Source: Octopus sinensis
Taxonomy: Eukaryota
Length of the DNA: 64,000 bases
Reading direction: 5' to 3'
NCBI RefSeq assembly: GCF_006345805.1
Contig: NC_042997.1
Coordinates: 196,292,001-196,356,000 of the forward strand
The notes under the pieces were generated by a model, which was given only the letters and a program-made list of their open reading frames with translations, was not told the DNA's origin and did no database searches. How positions within the stretch are numbered: the stretch's first letter is position 1; each line of letters opens with the position of its first letter. The translations under genes and the position numbers were made by a program. Below, piece after piece: positions 1 to 14,429 of this stretch.

Positions 1-482
1 TTATATTTAATACTTACTATTCAGTTTCAAAGTTTTCGACTACACGTGTTTTATGAGGTTGTATACTATGTTCCTGAGGCACGTAGTCTCTTACAGAACC
101 TCCCCTTGCATACAATCCCAATCTTCAGGTCCACCTATCCCCCGTTTATAACTTTATCTATCTTTATATATTCCAACTTAGAAGTATATCAAACTAAACA
201 GATGTATAAATAAATAAATTCATTGAACCCTGCAGTTTAAGCCATAATTAATTAAGAATTAAAAGTGAATTACGCCCAAAGAAAGAAAATATATATAAAG
301 GAAAAATATATACGAATGAGAAAATATATACGAATGCGGAAAAAATATATACTAATGAAAAGAAAATATTACATTATGAGAGATATATATCCAAATGAAG
401 AGGATGATTAAGAGACGAATGGAAACCAATGCGAATGACAAAAGTACAGGTGAATTTTATGCGTAAAATAGGAATGAAGATA

Positions 483-486
<4 letters not shown>

Positions 487-564
<78 letters not shown>
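487..564. repeat. (TA)n microsatellite
   Basis: Uninterrupted TA dinucleotide run. Confidence 0.95.
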
Positions 565-567
<3 letters not shown>

Positions 568-943
568 TGGTTGCCTGCTTCTTATGCAGAATTAGACCAC
601 CTCCTGTACCTACACATTAGAACTATCATAGCATCTGATGTGGCTTTATAAACCAGACGATGTTTTGAAAAGACACCCACATAGATTGCATATGGAATAC
701 CAAGACCTGAAGTTAAGTTCTGATCTTAAAATGTCTTTTGAGGCGTCTGTTAGATTTCCAGACCATCTGGCATACGTTGAATTGAAAGGCATGCACAGAT
801 ATCTGGGCACAATAGGTGGTGGAGGTTCGTTTTCCGTGGGTTCGCAAATAAGATTTGAACCCAGTAAAAGAAAGGCATAGTCTGTCACAAACTGAGCACA
901 CAAAAATGTCATTGTGATTCACCTTCTTAATCATAACATTCAT
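565..943 (-). mobile_element. Probable RTE-like LINE 3' end encoding three degenerate C2H2 zinc fingers
   Basis: Minus-strand translations give FVCSVCDRLCLSFTGFKSYLRTH, FQFNVCQMVWKSNRRLKRHFKI and, after a frameshift, ICNLCGCLFKTSSGL*SHIRC. There are no TGEKP linkers, and a short 3' segment runs into (TA)n. Confidence 0.5.
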
Positions 944-950
944 ATATATA

Positions 951-1266
951 TCACCGTGATCACCGTGACCGACCAGGCTATCAGATGTTGTTACACATCG
1001 CTGGTCGCAATACGCTTCGAATTGTTTTTTTAGCCTTCAAATGACGCCACCCCGCTGGCTAAGCGAGCAGGCCAACAGAAGAATGAGTGAGAGAAAGTTG
1101 TGGCGAAAGAGTACAGCAGGGATCGCCACCACCCCCTGCCGGAGCCTCGTGGAGCTTTAGGTGTTTTCGCTCAATAAACACTCACAACGCCCGGTCTGGG
1201 AATCGAAACCTCGATCCTACGACCGCGAGTCCGCTGCCCTAACCACTAGGCCATTGAGCCTCCACT
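951..1266 (-). mobile_element. tRNA-derived SINE, head type 1 with tail variant a
   Basis: The minus strand starts AGTGGAGGCTCAATGGCCTAGTGGTTAGGG (A box) and contains GGTTTCGATTCCC (B box). Its 5' half is shared with 6330-6712 and 25041-25425. Confidence 0.85.
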
Positions 1267-1477
1267 CATATATATATATATATATACATACAATATTAGA
1301 TATGTACATATATACGCAAGGGTACTACATGAGTACCTATATCGCTAATTATAGAAGTCAGAAAATACTTCTGTACTACCGAAAAGTCACAAATCTATTA
1401 CAGACAAGATAGGAAAAATATCAGTGAACAATAATAATGTTTTACCTCAAATGGGTCAGAACAAGTAAATGCTGGTC

Positions 1478-1539
1478 AACTCGGTACCGGTTTCGAAATT
1501 TAGCGCCACCTAGACACGTGATTTCTCATCAGCCAAAGT
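1478..1539 (-). ncRNA. Type I hammerhead ribozyme motif with intact core
   Basis: Minus strand: ACTTTGG-CTGATGA-GAAAT..21 nt..ATTTC-GAAA-CCGGT-A-CCGAGT. Helix II is 5 bp and closed by G-C, helix III is palindromic ACCGGU, the cleavage triplet is GUA, and helix I is imperfect. Confidence 0.75.
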
Positions 1540-1671
1540 CCGCCAGCTAAGTAACTACTAACATTCTCCTCCATCATGCCTGCGAAAGTTGTATGTATAT
1601 ATTTTATTAATTTGCCTGTACGGCTAATAATTCGCTTACCACTTGTGATGGTACTTAAAATATACCATCCC

Positions 1672-1746
<75 letters not shown>

Positions 1747-1885
1747 CGCAAGTGAAAGATGAATATACGACAATTATTATTCACAACAATTGTTTCGACA
1801 CACCTAGCATTGATCCCTCATGTGTGGGACACTCTACAACTGGTTCAGAAGCATCCGGCAGAATACATCCACTGGTTTTCAAAAA

Positions 1886-2507
1886 TAGAAATATTATTTC
1901 TAATTCTCTCTACAGGAGACTACGGCAGCGGCACTGGATATTAATAGTCATCGCCAAGCTAACATGGCAGCCCAGAAAAATAGGGCGAATGCTGCCGTTG
2001 ATTAGCTCCAAGAGGTCATCACCTCTAGCTAGCTATGTGGCACACAAACCTGTGTCCATTATAACCTTCGAACAGGAGAGGTCAGCAGCTTCCCCTTGCT
2101 GGTCTGGTATCTACAGACTAGTTTCTAATTTTGAAAACCAGTGGGTGTATTTTTTAAAACCAGTGGATGTATTCCACTGAATTTAGATAAATAATCCTTC
2201 GAACAGTCGGTCAGGAGTGACGCCTGTTGGGTTCGGCTACTCCACATTGATAAGTGGCAAACACCTCGAAACTAGTCTGTGGATGCCAGACCAGCACGGA
2301 GAGGCTGCTGACCTCCCCTGTTCGAAGGTTTGTAATAGTCACAGGTTCGTGTGTCACATAGCTAGAGGCGATGGCCTCTTGTAGCTAATCAAAGGCAGCA
2401 TTTATCCTATTCATCTGGACTACAACGTTAGATTGGCGATAACTATTAATATCCAGTACCGCTCCCGTAGTCTCCTGTAGAGAGAATTAGAAATAATGAT
2501 ATTTCTA
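1886..2507. repeat. Long imperfect inverted repeat with arms of about 240 bp (1886-2125 and 2268-2507), Penelope-like element remnant
   Basis: TTCTCTCTACAGGAGACTACGG pairs with CCGTAGTCTCCTGTAGAGAGAA, and complementarity continues along the arms. A second overlapping inverted repeat is 1861-1884 versus 2129-2175. Confidence 0.85.
2241..2283 (+). ncRNA. Type I hammerhead motif, U3:A8 core variant
   Basis: TCCACA-TTGATAA-GTGG(CAAACA)CCTC-GAAA-CTAGT-C-TGTGGA. Helix I is 6 bp, helix III is palindromic ACUAGU, and the triplet is GUC. Confidence 0.7.
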
Positions 2508-2616
2508 ACGTGAACAGAATAATGTAGAAGGTGCAGTGCTAACGCAGTCGAACGTGCTGTTGACCTATAAAAAACATTTAATATACTTTATAGGGTATTA
2601 TGGTTGCATAATCATA

Positions 2617-2844
2617 ACCCACAAGAGTAAACAAGAGAGACAGAATCAGGCAGAAACAAGGAAAATGCCACTTGTATTTAAAGACTATCCATATGTTCTT
2701 TTAAAAAAACTTTTTTTAAGTTTTTCCAAAATTTAATTGTTTCCCATACTTACATTTGAAAAAGTCTCCATAACTGAAACCGGTACTGAAATCTTTTTTC
2801 TAAAATTATTTTAGCATTTTGTACCTTGACTTTATTTCCATATA

Positions 2845-2845
<1 letters not shown>
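2617..2845 (+). mobile_element. Dispersed repeat with a decayed U3:A8 hammerhead at 2750-2792; second copy at 47313-47620
   Basis: TTGAAAA-AGTC(TCCAT)AACT-GAAA-CCGGT-A-CTGAAAT. The flanks align with 47313-47620. Confidence 0.7.
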
Positions 2846-5115
<2,270 letters not shown>

Positions 5116-6329
5116 GAAGTATTAATCAAGCTTTGTGTTTGAATTTCTTTTTCATTCACACAATGGTGTTGAAAAGCATCGATAATTTCCTGCCGTGCTG
5201 AATTATTTGAATATCCAAGTCACTAATAAGTCTAAGCTTTAGCAAATTCCAATCTATTATGGTAAGATATTCGTTTATGAACGAACAAATATCAAGTATT
5301 TTTATCAACTATTTTCAGCTGGGTAATCCCACTGCTAATGAGACATTATGTTGTCCCATTAGGGGATATCGCTTTAACATTCCTAGTTTAATGTCTAATA
5401 TATACTTACTAATTATACATTTTTCAGTTTGTGGAGGTTAATTAACTTACTTTTAGAGTTATTCCTAAAATTAAGCCTACGGACCTGAAAGGTTATGAAG
5501 TGTGTACCAGATGTTAGCTACTTTCCTCTGCCGTAAAAGCAATTGGCAAATTCATGAGCTTCTGTGTGATAAACTTGTTGAACAAATTTAGATTTGCTTT
5601 GTTATATGTGTCAATGGGAAGGGTCACTTTTAAAGGTCCCTGTTGTCACTTTACAAATTCCAGATCTTTTCGTACGGAATGAAAATTTTATTGAATTCTG
5701 GTACATGCTATAAACTGTCTTTCGGGATCCGCAGGAAGCCGTTATTTGTGTTCAGGAATTTAATTCTTCTTATTAAATCGACGAGATCTTTTGCGAAATA
5801 TTCTAGAAAACCCTAAAAACCTTATTGTTCGTGTTGTTCTATCGTATGTCTGCATCAATGAAATATGAACGCGAGTGGTTAACTAATCTTGACGCAAGAA
5901 ATTCACGCGGTTAGTGAACGTCGTTAAAAGACTATAAGCCAATGAAAATGAGCAAGATTTGAAATGTAACTGTAGGGACACCTGCAAATACCCAATGAAT
6001 AGTAAATATTTGGCCAAAATATTTACTATTTTGTATAAATATTTACTAGTTTGTATATTTACTATTTTGTATAAATATTGACATTGTCGTATATTTACTA
6101 TTTTGTAAATATTTGTATGGAGCTAATGTTCGAATCGATAATAGATCTACGTGTAAAACTGATAGCGGTGGCATAGAAAAAATTATTAAATGTAAGTTTT
6201 TACCTGCACCAGAATTCATTTAAATATCCCATGAAGTTTTCTCCAGTACGTCTCTTGCGATACGTCTGGCTATTGAAAAAATCTTGTGCAACTTTTTTTA
6301 AAAGCCTGCTGGTGACTTTTGAAAATGAT

Positions 6330-6712
6330 CAAACCCATATCGTGGCATTCCGTCGGTTATGACGACGTCGGTTCCAGCTGATCCGATCAACGGAACAGCC
6401 TGCTCGTGAAATTAACGCTCAAGTGGCTGGGCACTCCGCAGACTCCTGTACCCTTAACGTAGTTCTCGGGGAGATTCAGCGTGACACAGAGTGTGACAAG
6501 GCTGGCCCTTTGAAATACAAGTACAACAGAAACAGGAAGAAAGATTGAGAGAATGTTGTGGTGAAAGAGTACAGCAGGGTTCGTCACCACCTTCTGCCGG
6601 AGTCTCGTGGAGCTTTAGGTGTTTTCGCTCAATAAACACTCAACAAACACTCACAAGCCCAGTCTGGAAATCGAAATTGCGATCCTATGACCGCGAGTCC
6701 GCCGCCCTAATC
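6330..6712 (-). mobile_element. tRNA-derived SINE, head type 1 with tail variant b
   Basis: Reverse-complement match along its length to 25041-25425. Confidence 0.85.
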
Positions 6713-7447
6713 ACAAAGATATTATCGTCATTTCGTCGGATGTCCACTAAATTTAAGTAAGTAGTATTATATTTCATTTCAAAAGAAATCAGTTTTAAAA
6801 CACCAATCTGATTTATCGAACTATTACCGACAGCTTTCGATATATTTGATTTCAAGGCCTCTTCCACCGAATGGATGACGTGAATAGTTTTTCCTCTTTA
6901 TCACCAATTGTTAATATTATCATTCTTATTTGGAAGTTTTCTTGTACTTTCTCCAATCTCTTAACTCCTTTGGGCAGTCGCATTTGATCTTCATAAAATC
7001 TTTTAATAACTTTCATATAGAAATAAATTCTATACGGCATTTCATTGATCACGATATAAGTTTTGCATGTGACTTTTACAAAAGAAGTAGGTTTTTGTAT
7101 TTTCTTATTGCTCACGTTTTGATTTCTTAGAATTCTATTCTACGTTCCTTAGCAGTTTTTCACGTACGTTTCAACTATTTTAGATGTTGTGTTGTCCGTT
7201 AATTTCGATAACTATTGTGTCTGTGTGTCCGTTTTATTACTTATGTCACCCAACAAAAAATACACAACATTCGCATCACTACACCTATTGCAGATAATTT
7301 CTCTCTCTTGAATTTTCTGTCTTGATATATTCTTTCTATTCCCTTCCACTTACACACACACACATACACACATATATAAAGGTGAAAGTGTGCGTGCGTA
7401 TGTATTTGCGTGTGTGTATGTGTATATGCATATGTATATATATACAC

Positions 7448-7502
<55 letters not shown>

Positions 7503-7712
7503 AAAGAATATCTATATATATATATAACTACAAAATTAGAAAATGGAGAAACATACTTAAATCAATAAAACATCAACTAACAGATGATACCCAATCAATA
7601 CTTTATTACACCATTACATATCAGTAAAGGCATTATACAAAATATATAGTAAATATAAATAGACAAGGAAATAGAATATAAAATATAAAATAAAATATAT
7701 AATTATATCATA

Positions 7713-7822
7713 TCTGACAGCTGTTTCGGCAGTAAGGGCAGTCATACCTCATTTAACCTATAAGCCATAAAGGCAGGTATAAATGAGGCATTAACAAGGA
7801 TGCCCCACGGCCTCTTCAGAGA
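7713..7822 (-). ncRNA. Type I hammerhead motif with extended helix II (left arm of the palindrome)
   Basis: Reverse complement of 10635-10744. Confidence 0.7.
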
Positions 7823-10634
7823 ATTAATTTGTTATAATTGTGAAAAAAATTATTTTTCCATATACATATAAATATAAAAATAAAAATGTAAAATATAAAA
7901 ACTTGTGCATAAACTCCATAATGCTACACATATAAAATACTCATTGATACAATAATGCAAGTAAACAAAACAAAATAATACAAAATATATATCAGTGTAT
8001 ATATTAATATTAATAAGCACAGTTATTTTACATATTTAGCTAATAGTTCTAAAAACTAACACATAGGGAGATGTATGCGCACTACTATTTAAATTAAAAT
8101 CATCCCTACCTGAAATAATAATAAAAAAACCATAGTTCAGTTCATAAAATTATAAACCTATAAAAGTCAATATAAATTACTATTAATATTAATAAAAATA
8201 ATAATAGATACAGTTAAGTTAGCACCAAGTACATCCATTCAAAATCGAAATAACTATGAGTTTAGTTTTTCTGTCCGCTTGATATTGATTATTCTAGATT
8301 ACTTCGATTGGCTTGTAGTTTGAAATTTGAATCACAAAAGAAATTTTACGGTTGGTTACTTATATTATGTGTGTAATCGTAATTAATTCTTCTTATTTAT
8401 TTTATCACATTTTAACTTAAGTATTTACAATCTTTTAACTTCTGTGATTTTCTTATATACGATTGCATTAGTGAGTCCCCCTGTTGTTATTATTTAATGC
8501 CTAATCTTGTTTATAATGGCATAGAATTTAATAAGTAAAAAAGAGATATATATTTATAATATAAAAATTAATCTATACTTTATAACTTAGCATACATGGA
8601 ATCACAACAAATTTACGGTAAATCTAGTAACCGTTATGTTGACTATGATAAAAACCGGTGTTAAATACGTAAGGTACATAGTGAAATAACATCCGACATC
8701 GTTATATTGATTTATAAATATATATATCATTGAAATAAATATTTTATGGAAATATATGAGTGGATCTTTTTTGTTATTTGAGGCATAGTTATAATTTTGA
8801 TAGACTAGATGACAGTATAGTTGCTCCCCTATTTATTTATCTTTATGCAGAGGTTGCTTGTGGATGCGTATGTGTATAAGTGTATGTGTGTGTGTATACA
8901 TATAATTATGTATGTATGTGCGATTGATCTGTGGATGTGCGTGTGCGTATTTGCGTTTCTTGACTAACCAACCGTAAAATTTCTTTTGTGATTCAAATTT
9001 CAAACTACAAGCCAATCGAAGTAATCTAGAATAATCAATATCAAGCGGACAGAAAAACTAAACTCATAGTTATTTCGATTTTGAATGGATGTACTCGGTG
9101 CTAACTTAACTGTATCTATTATTATTTTTATTAATATTAATAGTAATTATATTGACTTTTATAGGTTTATAATTTTATGAACTGAACTATGGTTTTTTTA
9201 TTATTATTTTCAGGTATAGGGATGATTTTAATTTAAATAGTAGTGCGCATACATCTCCCTATGTGTTAGTTTTTAGAACTATTAGCTAAATATGTAAAAT
9301 AACTGTGCTATTAATATTAATAAAAATAATAATAGATACAGTTAAGTTAGCACCAAGTACATCCATTCAAAATCGAAATAACTATGAGTTTAGTTTTTCT
9401 GTCCGCTTGATATTGATTATTCTAGATTACTTCGATTGGCTTGTAGTTTGAAATTTGAATCACAAAAGAAATTTTACGGTTGGTTACTTATATTATGTGT
9501 GTAATCGTAATTAATTCTTCTTATTTATTTTATCACATTTTAACTTAAGTATTTACAATCTTTTAACTTCTGTGATTTTCTTATATACGATTGCATTAGT
9601 GAGTCCCCCTGTTGTTATTATTTAATGCCTAATCTTGTTTATAATGGCATAGAATTTAATAAGTAAAAAAGAGATATATATTTATAATATAAAAATTAAT
9701 CTATACTTTATAACTTAGCATACATGGAATCACAACAAATTTACGGTAAATCTAGTAACCGTTATGTTGACTATGATAAAAACCGGTGTTAAATACGTAA
9801 GGTACATAGTGAAATAACATCCGACATCGTTATATTGATTTATAAATATATATATCATTGAAATAAATATTTTATGGAAATATATGAGTGGATCTTTTTT
9901 GTTATTTGAGGCATAGTTATAATTTTGATAGACTAGATGACAGTATAGTTGCTCCCCTATTTATTTATCTTTATGCTAGAGGTTGCTTGTGGATGCGTAT
10001 GTGTATAAGTGTATGTGTGTGTGTATACATATAATTATGTATGTATGTGCGATTGATCTGTGGATGTGCGTGTGCGTATTTGCGTTTCTTGACTAACCAA
10101 CCGTAAAATTTCTTTTGTGATTCAAATTTCAAACTACAAGCCAATCGAAGTAATCTAGAATAATCAATATCAAGCGGACAGAAAAACTAAACTCATAGTT
10201 ATTTCGATTTTGAATGGATGTACTCGGTGCTAACTTAACTGTATCTATTATTATTTTTATTAATATTAATAGTAATTTATATTGACTTTTATAGGTTTAT
10301 AATTTTATGAACTGAACTATGGTTTTTTTATTATTATTTTCAGGTATAGGGATGATTTTAATTTAAATAGTAGTGCGCATACATCTCCCTATGTGTTAGT
10401 TTTTAGAACTATTAGCTAATATGTAAAATACTGTGCTTATTAATATTAATATATACACTGATATATATTTTGTATTATTTTGTTTTGTTTACCTTGCATT
10501 ATTGTATCAATGAGTATTTTATATGTGTAGCATTATGGAGTTTATGCACAAGTTTTTATATTTTACATTTTTATATTTTTATATTTATATGTATATGGAA
10601 AAATAATTTTTTTCACAATTATAACAAATTAAAT

Positions 10635-10744
10635 TCTCTGAAGAGGCCGTGGGGCATCCTTGTTAATGCCTCATTTATACCTGCCTTTATGGCTTATAGG
10701 TTAAATGAGGTATGACTGCCCTTACTGCCGAAACAGCTGTCAGA
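10635..10744 (+). ncRNA. Type I hammerhead motif with an 85-nt helix II (right arm of the palindrome)
   Basis: TCT-CTGAAGA-GGC..79 nt..GCC-GAAA-CAGCTGT-C-AGA. Helix III is palindromic ACAGCUGU, the triplet is GUC, and helix I is only 3 bp. Confidence 0.7.
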
Positions 10745-11098
10745 TATGATATAATTATATATTTTATTTTATATTTTATATTTCTATTTCCTTGTCTATT
10801 TATATTTACTATATATTTTGTATAATGCCTTTACTGATATGTAATGGTGTAATAAAGTATTGATTGGGTATCATCTGTTAGTTGATGTTTTATTGATTTA
10901 AGTATGTTTCTCCATTTTCTAATTTTGTAGTATTAATTTACGGTAATATTATTACCTTTGCCCATATAATACAACAGATGAACTAATTGCTTGGCAATTT
11001 TTAACATCTATGTATTAGTCTTGTTGGGTACCTATCTAGCAGTATATTGGATATATGTTATCCCATGGTGGGTTGAAATTTTCAACCCCTATCTCATT

Positions 11099-11134
<36 letters not shown>

Positions 11135-11137
<3 letters not shown>

Positions 11138-11520
11138 TTCTATTTGTTTCAGTCATTTGACTGAGGCCATGCTGGAGCACCGCCTTTAGTCGAAGAAATC
11201 GAACCCAAGACTTATTCTTTGTAAGCCAAATATTCTCTTTTGCCGAACCGCTAAGTTACAGGGACGTAAACACGCCTACATCAGTTGTCAAGTGATGGTG
11301 GAGGGACAAACACAGACACACACACATACACACACACACATACATACATATATACGACATATATACACGTCATATATATGTATGTATACATACATATATA
11401 CGACGGGCTTCTTTCAGTTTCTGTCTACCAAATCCACTCACAAGGCTTTGGTTGGGCTGAGGTTATAGGAGAAAACACTTGCCCAAGGTGCCACGCAGTG
11501 GGACTAAACCTGAAATCATG
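11135..11520 (-). mobile_element. SINE type 2 with a CORE-like central segment
   Basis: The minus strand has CACTGCGTGGCACCTTGGGCAAGTG and a tail ending GACTGAAACAAATAGAAGAA. It aligns with 13938-14312, 19240-19735, 41590-42070 and 51640-52015. Confidence 0.8.
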
Positions 11521-11702
11521 TGTGTGTGTATTTGTACATGTATACACACTCACCTGCATATGTGTGTGTGCGTGCGCCCGCGTGTGTGAGGATATTTGCG
11601 TGTGAGTGTATATATATGTGTGGATGAGTGTGTGCGTGTATAGATTTATGTATGTACACTATGTGTGAGAATTATATGTGTATTTGTGACCATATTGGTA
11701 AG

Positions 11703-11736
<34 letters not shown>

Positions 11737-11859
11737 TAAATTAGAGATAAAACCACTATTGGGCAAATCATACAATGAAAAACTTAAGCCAATACATAAG
11801 ATTAATTAATTTATATTATTTAAATATATATCAAAATTATTAAAAAAGATAATTAATAT

Positions 11860-11928
11860 AACACTACGATCGTTTCATGGCAGTTCAATTCTTAAAATTT
11901 TCGAGTTACAGTCATTCTTCAGGTGGTT
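11860..11928 (-). ncRNA. Type I hammerhead motif
   Basis: Minus strand: AACCAC-CTGAAGA-ATG..33 nt..CAT-GAAA-CGATCGT-A-GTGTT. Helix III is palindromic ACGAUCGU, the triplet is GUA, and helix I has one bulge. Confidence 0.65.
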
Positions 11929-11946
11929 TACATATATATATATATG

Positions 11947-11986
<40 letters not shown>

Positions 11987-12529
11987 CAGTCAGAAGACGA
12001 CAAGAACCACAAATTTTAACTGATACGCATTAATTGAAATCAGCAGAATGAGCCGAAATTCCGAGCCCCCGTACCAATAACAAAGAGAAATGTAAATTGA
12101 AAAACCACACATACTCGTTTCGTCACGATTTCAATCTTTGTGAAAATGTCAGTTCTCATCAGCGAGTCTTACTGACCCGAAGGTCATAGAAACTGCCCAT
12201 CTCAAACAACGTGCGCGATGACCGTTTTTAACGCCGCAGCAAATTTAAAAAGGTGATCCAAGTGTAAAAAATAAATTCTAAAAATATATATAAGGATATT
12301 ATTGTTTACGACAGTATCAATAATATCACAGTATGCGTAAAAGAAATTACCATAAGGTAAGAAATTATTAAGTTGTTAAGAGGTTGGAGGTTGCGTCTCG
12401 TTGAGAATTTCTTTGTTGGTTTACGTAGAAGAATTGGGAGTACAATATACAGTAAGTATGGGAACTTTTATCTTATACTTTTATCTTATACTTCTAGTGG
12501 AATGAGTGAGCGCCTGTACGGAATTTTTC

Positions 12530-13085
12530 TTTTAAAGCCTGGTACTTATACTATCGGTTCTTTTGCCGGGCCGCTAAGTTACGAGGACGTAAACATACCT
12601 ACATCAGTTTTGAAGCTGTGGCTTCAAAGACAGCCACACACTCACACACAAACACATACGCACATACACACAAACACATACACATAAACACATACACACA
12701 AACACATACACACACCACACACACGCATACACATATATGTGTACGAATATACGACGGTTTCTTCAGTTTGCGTCTACCTAATTCAATCACAAGGCTTTGG
12801 TCGGTCCAAGTCTATAGTAGAAAACACTTGCACAGAGTACCACGCAGTGGGCCGGAACCCGGGCCCATGTTGCTGGAAAGCAAGCTTCCTACCACATACC
12901 CGCGCCAGCTCATATACACGTATATATACTTATGTATGTGTGTGTGTGTCTCCCAATATCGCTTGACATCGATGCTGGTGTGTTTACGTCCCCGTAACTT
13001 AGCGGTTCGGCATAAGAGATCGATAGAATAAGTGCTAGACTTACAAGGAATAAGTCCTGGGTTTGATTTGCTTGGCTAAAGGCAG
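12530..13085. mobile_element. Two SINE type 2 copies (12530-12908 minus; 12945-13085 plus, 3' half)
   Basis: Both align with the other type 2 copies. Confidence 0.75.
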
Positions 13086-13937
13086 CTATGTAACAGAAAG
13101 TAAAGTTACATAGATTTGACAGGTATTTACTACAAACCAGACAGGAGAGACTGTTTGTCATTTAGAAAAGAAGATAGTTTCGGACTGGGAATATTACAAA
13201 ACGGTTCATTGGGTCTCCTCATAAACAAGTCACATGTTTTTCTGTATTGGATATTGGGACTGTCGTGGTTGAATTATGAAGATGAAGAGAAGCGGATTAA
13301 CTGGCTGAGATACAAGAGCGAAGTAGATTACATTTTGTTTTGAGATTATACAAAAAAATGTAAAAAGACAAAATGCCAATTTTATGCAAACCAAATTTTG
13401 ATCGAAGAAAATTAAAGAGATACATGGGTTGGTTTCAATATTTTCTAGTGAAGTCATGAGCCATGACTTACAGATGATAAGAGATTATCGATTTAGTGGA
13501 TTTAACACAAACAAATTGAATATTGGCAAAAGATTTAGAAAATTCCAATTTCTGTAGAAATAGAATATTTGCTTCAATAACATTTCTGGCAAAGAAGTTT
13601 TAATTAAACATTTTGTCCAAGTTAGTTAGTGTTAACATATTTTGTGCAATGGACATCAAAACGTCAATCACAAATTGAGGAAATGACGTTAGTTCAACGG
13701 TGAGGAAATTGAATTTAGTTCGATAACTTATTTTAATTTCTGCAAGAGCTGGAGAAAATTGCGTACATGTTTCTGTGTTATTGGAACTTATCAGCAAAGT
13801 ATAGATTTAACAGCATTTGTCAAAGTAGTGATGAGGGAATGAATAAATAAACGTACAATACGAAGCGCTAACGAGCCTAAAAATTTACATATTTAGAAAC
13901 TGTAAAGAACTGTGGGAAATTAAATGAATCTTATCTG

Positions 13938-14312
13938 CAAAGGCGTAGGAGTGGCTGTGTGGTAAGTAGCTTGCTTACGAACCACATGGTTCCAGGTTCA
14001 GTCTCACTGCGTGGAACCTTGGGCAAGTGTTTTCTACTATAACCTCGGGCCGACCAAAGCCTTGTGAGTGGAATTTGTAGACGGAAACTGAAAGAAGCCC
14101 GTCATATATGTGTACATGTATGTCTGTGTATATGTTTTTGTGTCGCTTGACAACCGATGCTTGTGTGTTTATGTCCCTGTAACCTAGCGGTTCGGAAAAA
14201 CAGACTGATAGAATAAGTACTCGGCTTACAAAGAATAAGTCCTGGAGTCGATTTGCTCGACTAAAGGCGGTGCTCCAGCATAGCAACAGTCACATGACTG
14301 AAGCAAGTAAAG
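13938..14312 (+). mobile_element. SINE type 2, near full length
   Basis: Head AAAGGCGTAGGAGTGGCTGTGTGGTAAG, B-box-like GGTTCAGTCTC, CORE-like CCTTGGGCAAGTG, and the family tail. Confidence 0.85.
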
Positions 14313-14429
14313 AGATTAAAGAGAACAGGCGAGATCGATTGATTATACCCACGGAAGACACACCGGTGGGAGTCTCATGGTGTTATGTTTACGACAGAAA
14401 ATAACGAATGTTTCTGCCAATTGGCAAAC

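Larger units (their letters stand above)
7527..10931. repeat. 3.4-kb inverted repeat (arms 7527-8358 and 10094-10931) with an internal tandem duplication of about 1128 bp
   Basis: The arms are near-identical reverse complements. 8181-9308 is repeated at 9309-10438. Confidence 0.95.

Noticed and set aside
5259-5720. Splice-like signals (minus-strand GTAAGT at about 5449; plus-strand TTTTCAG at about 5318)
   Set aside because: No consistent open frame links them, and such motifs are frequent in AT-rich DNA.
7527-10931. Mitochondrial insertion (NUMT) or control region, suggested by extreme AT content
   Set aside because: I found no mitochondrial ORF, tRNA or rRNA motifs. The structure is explained by inverted and tandem repeats with hammerhead cores.
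12112-12162. Hammerhead-like CTGATGA..GAAACGAGTA on the minus strand
   Set aside because: Helix I does not form and helix II is poorly paired. At most it is a heavily decayed relic.
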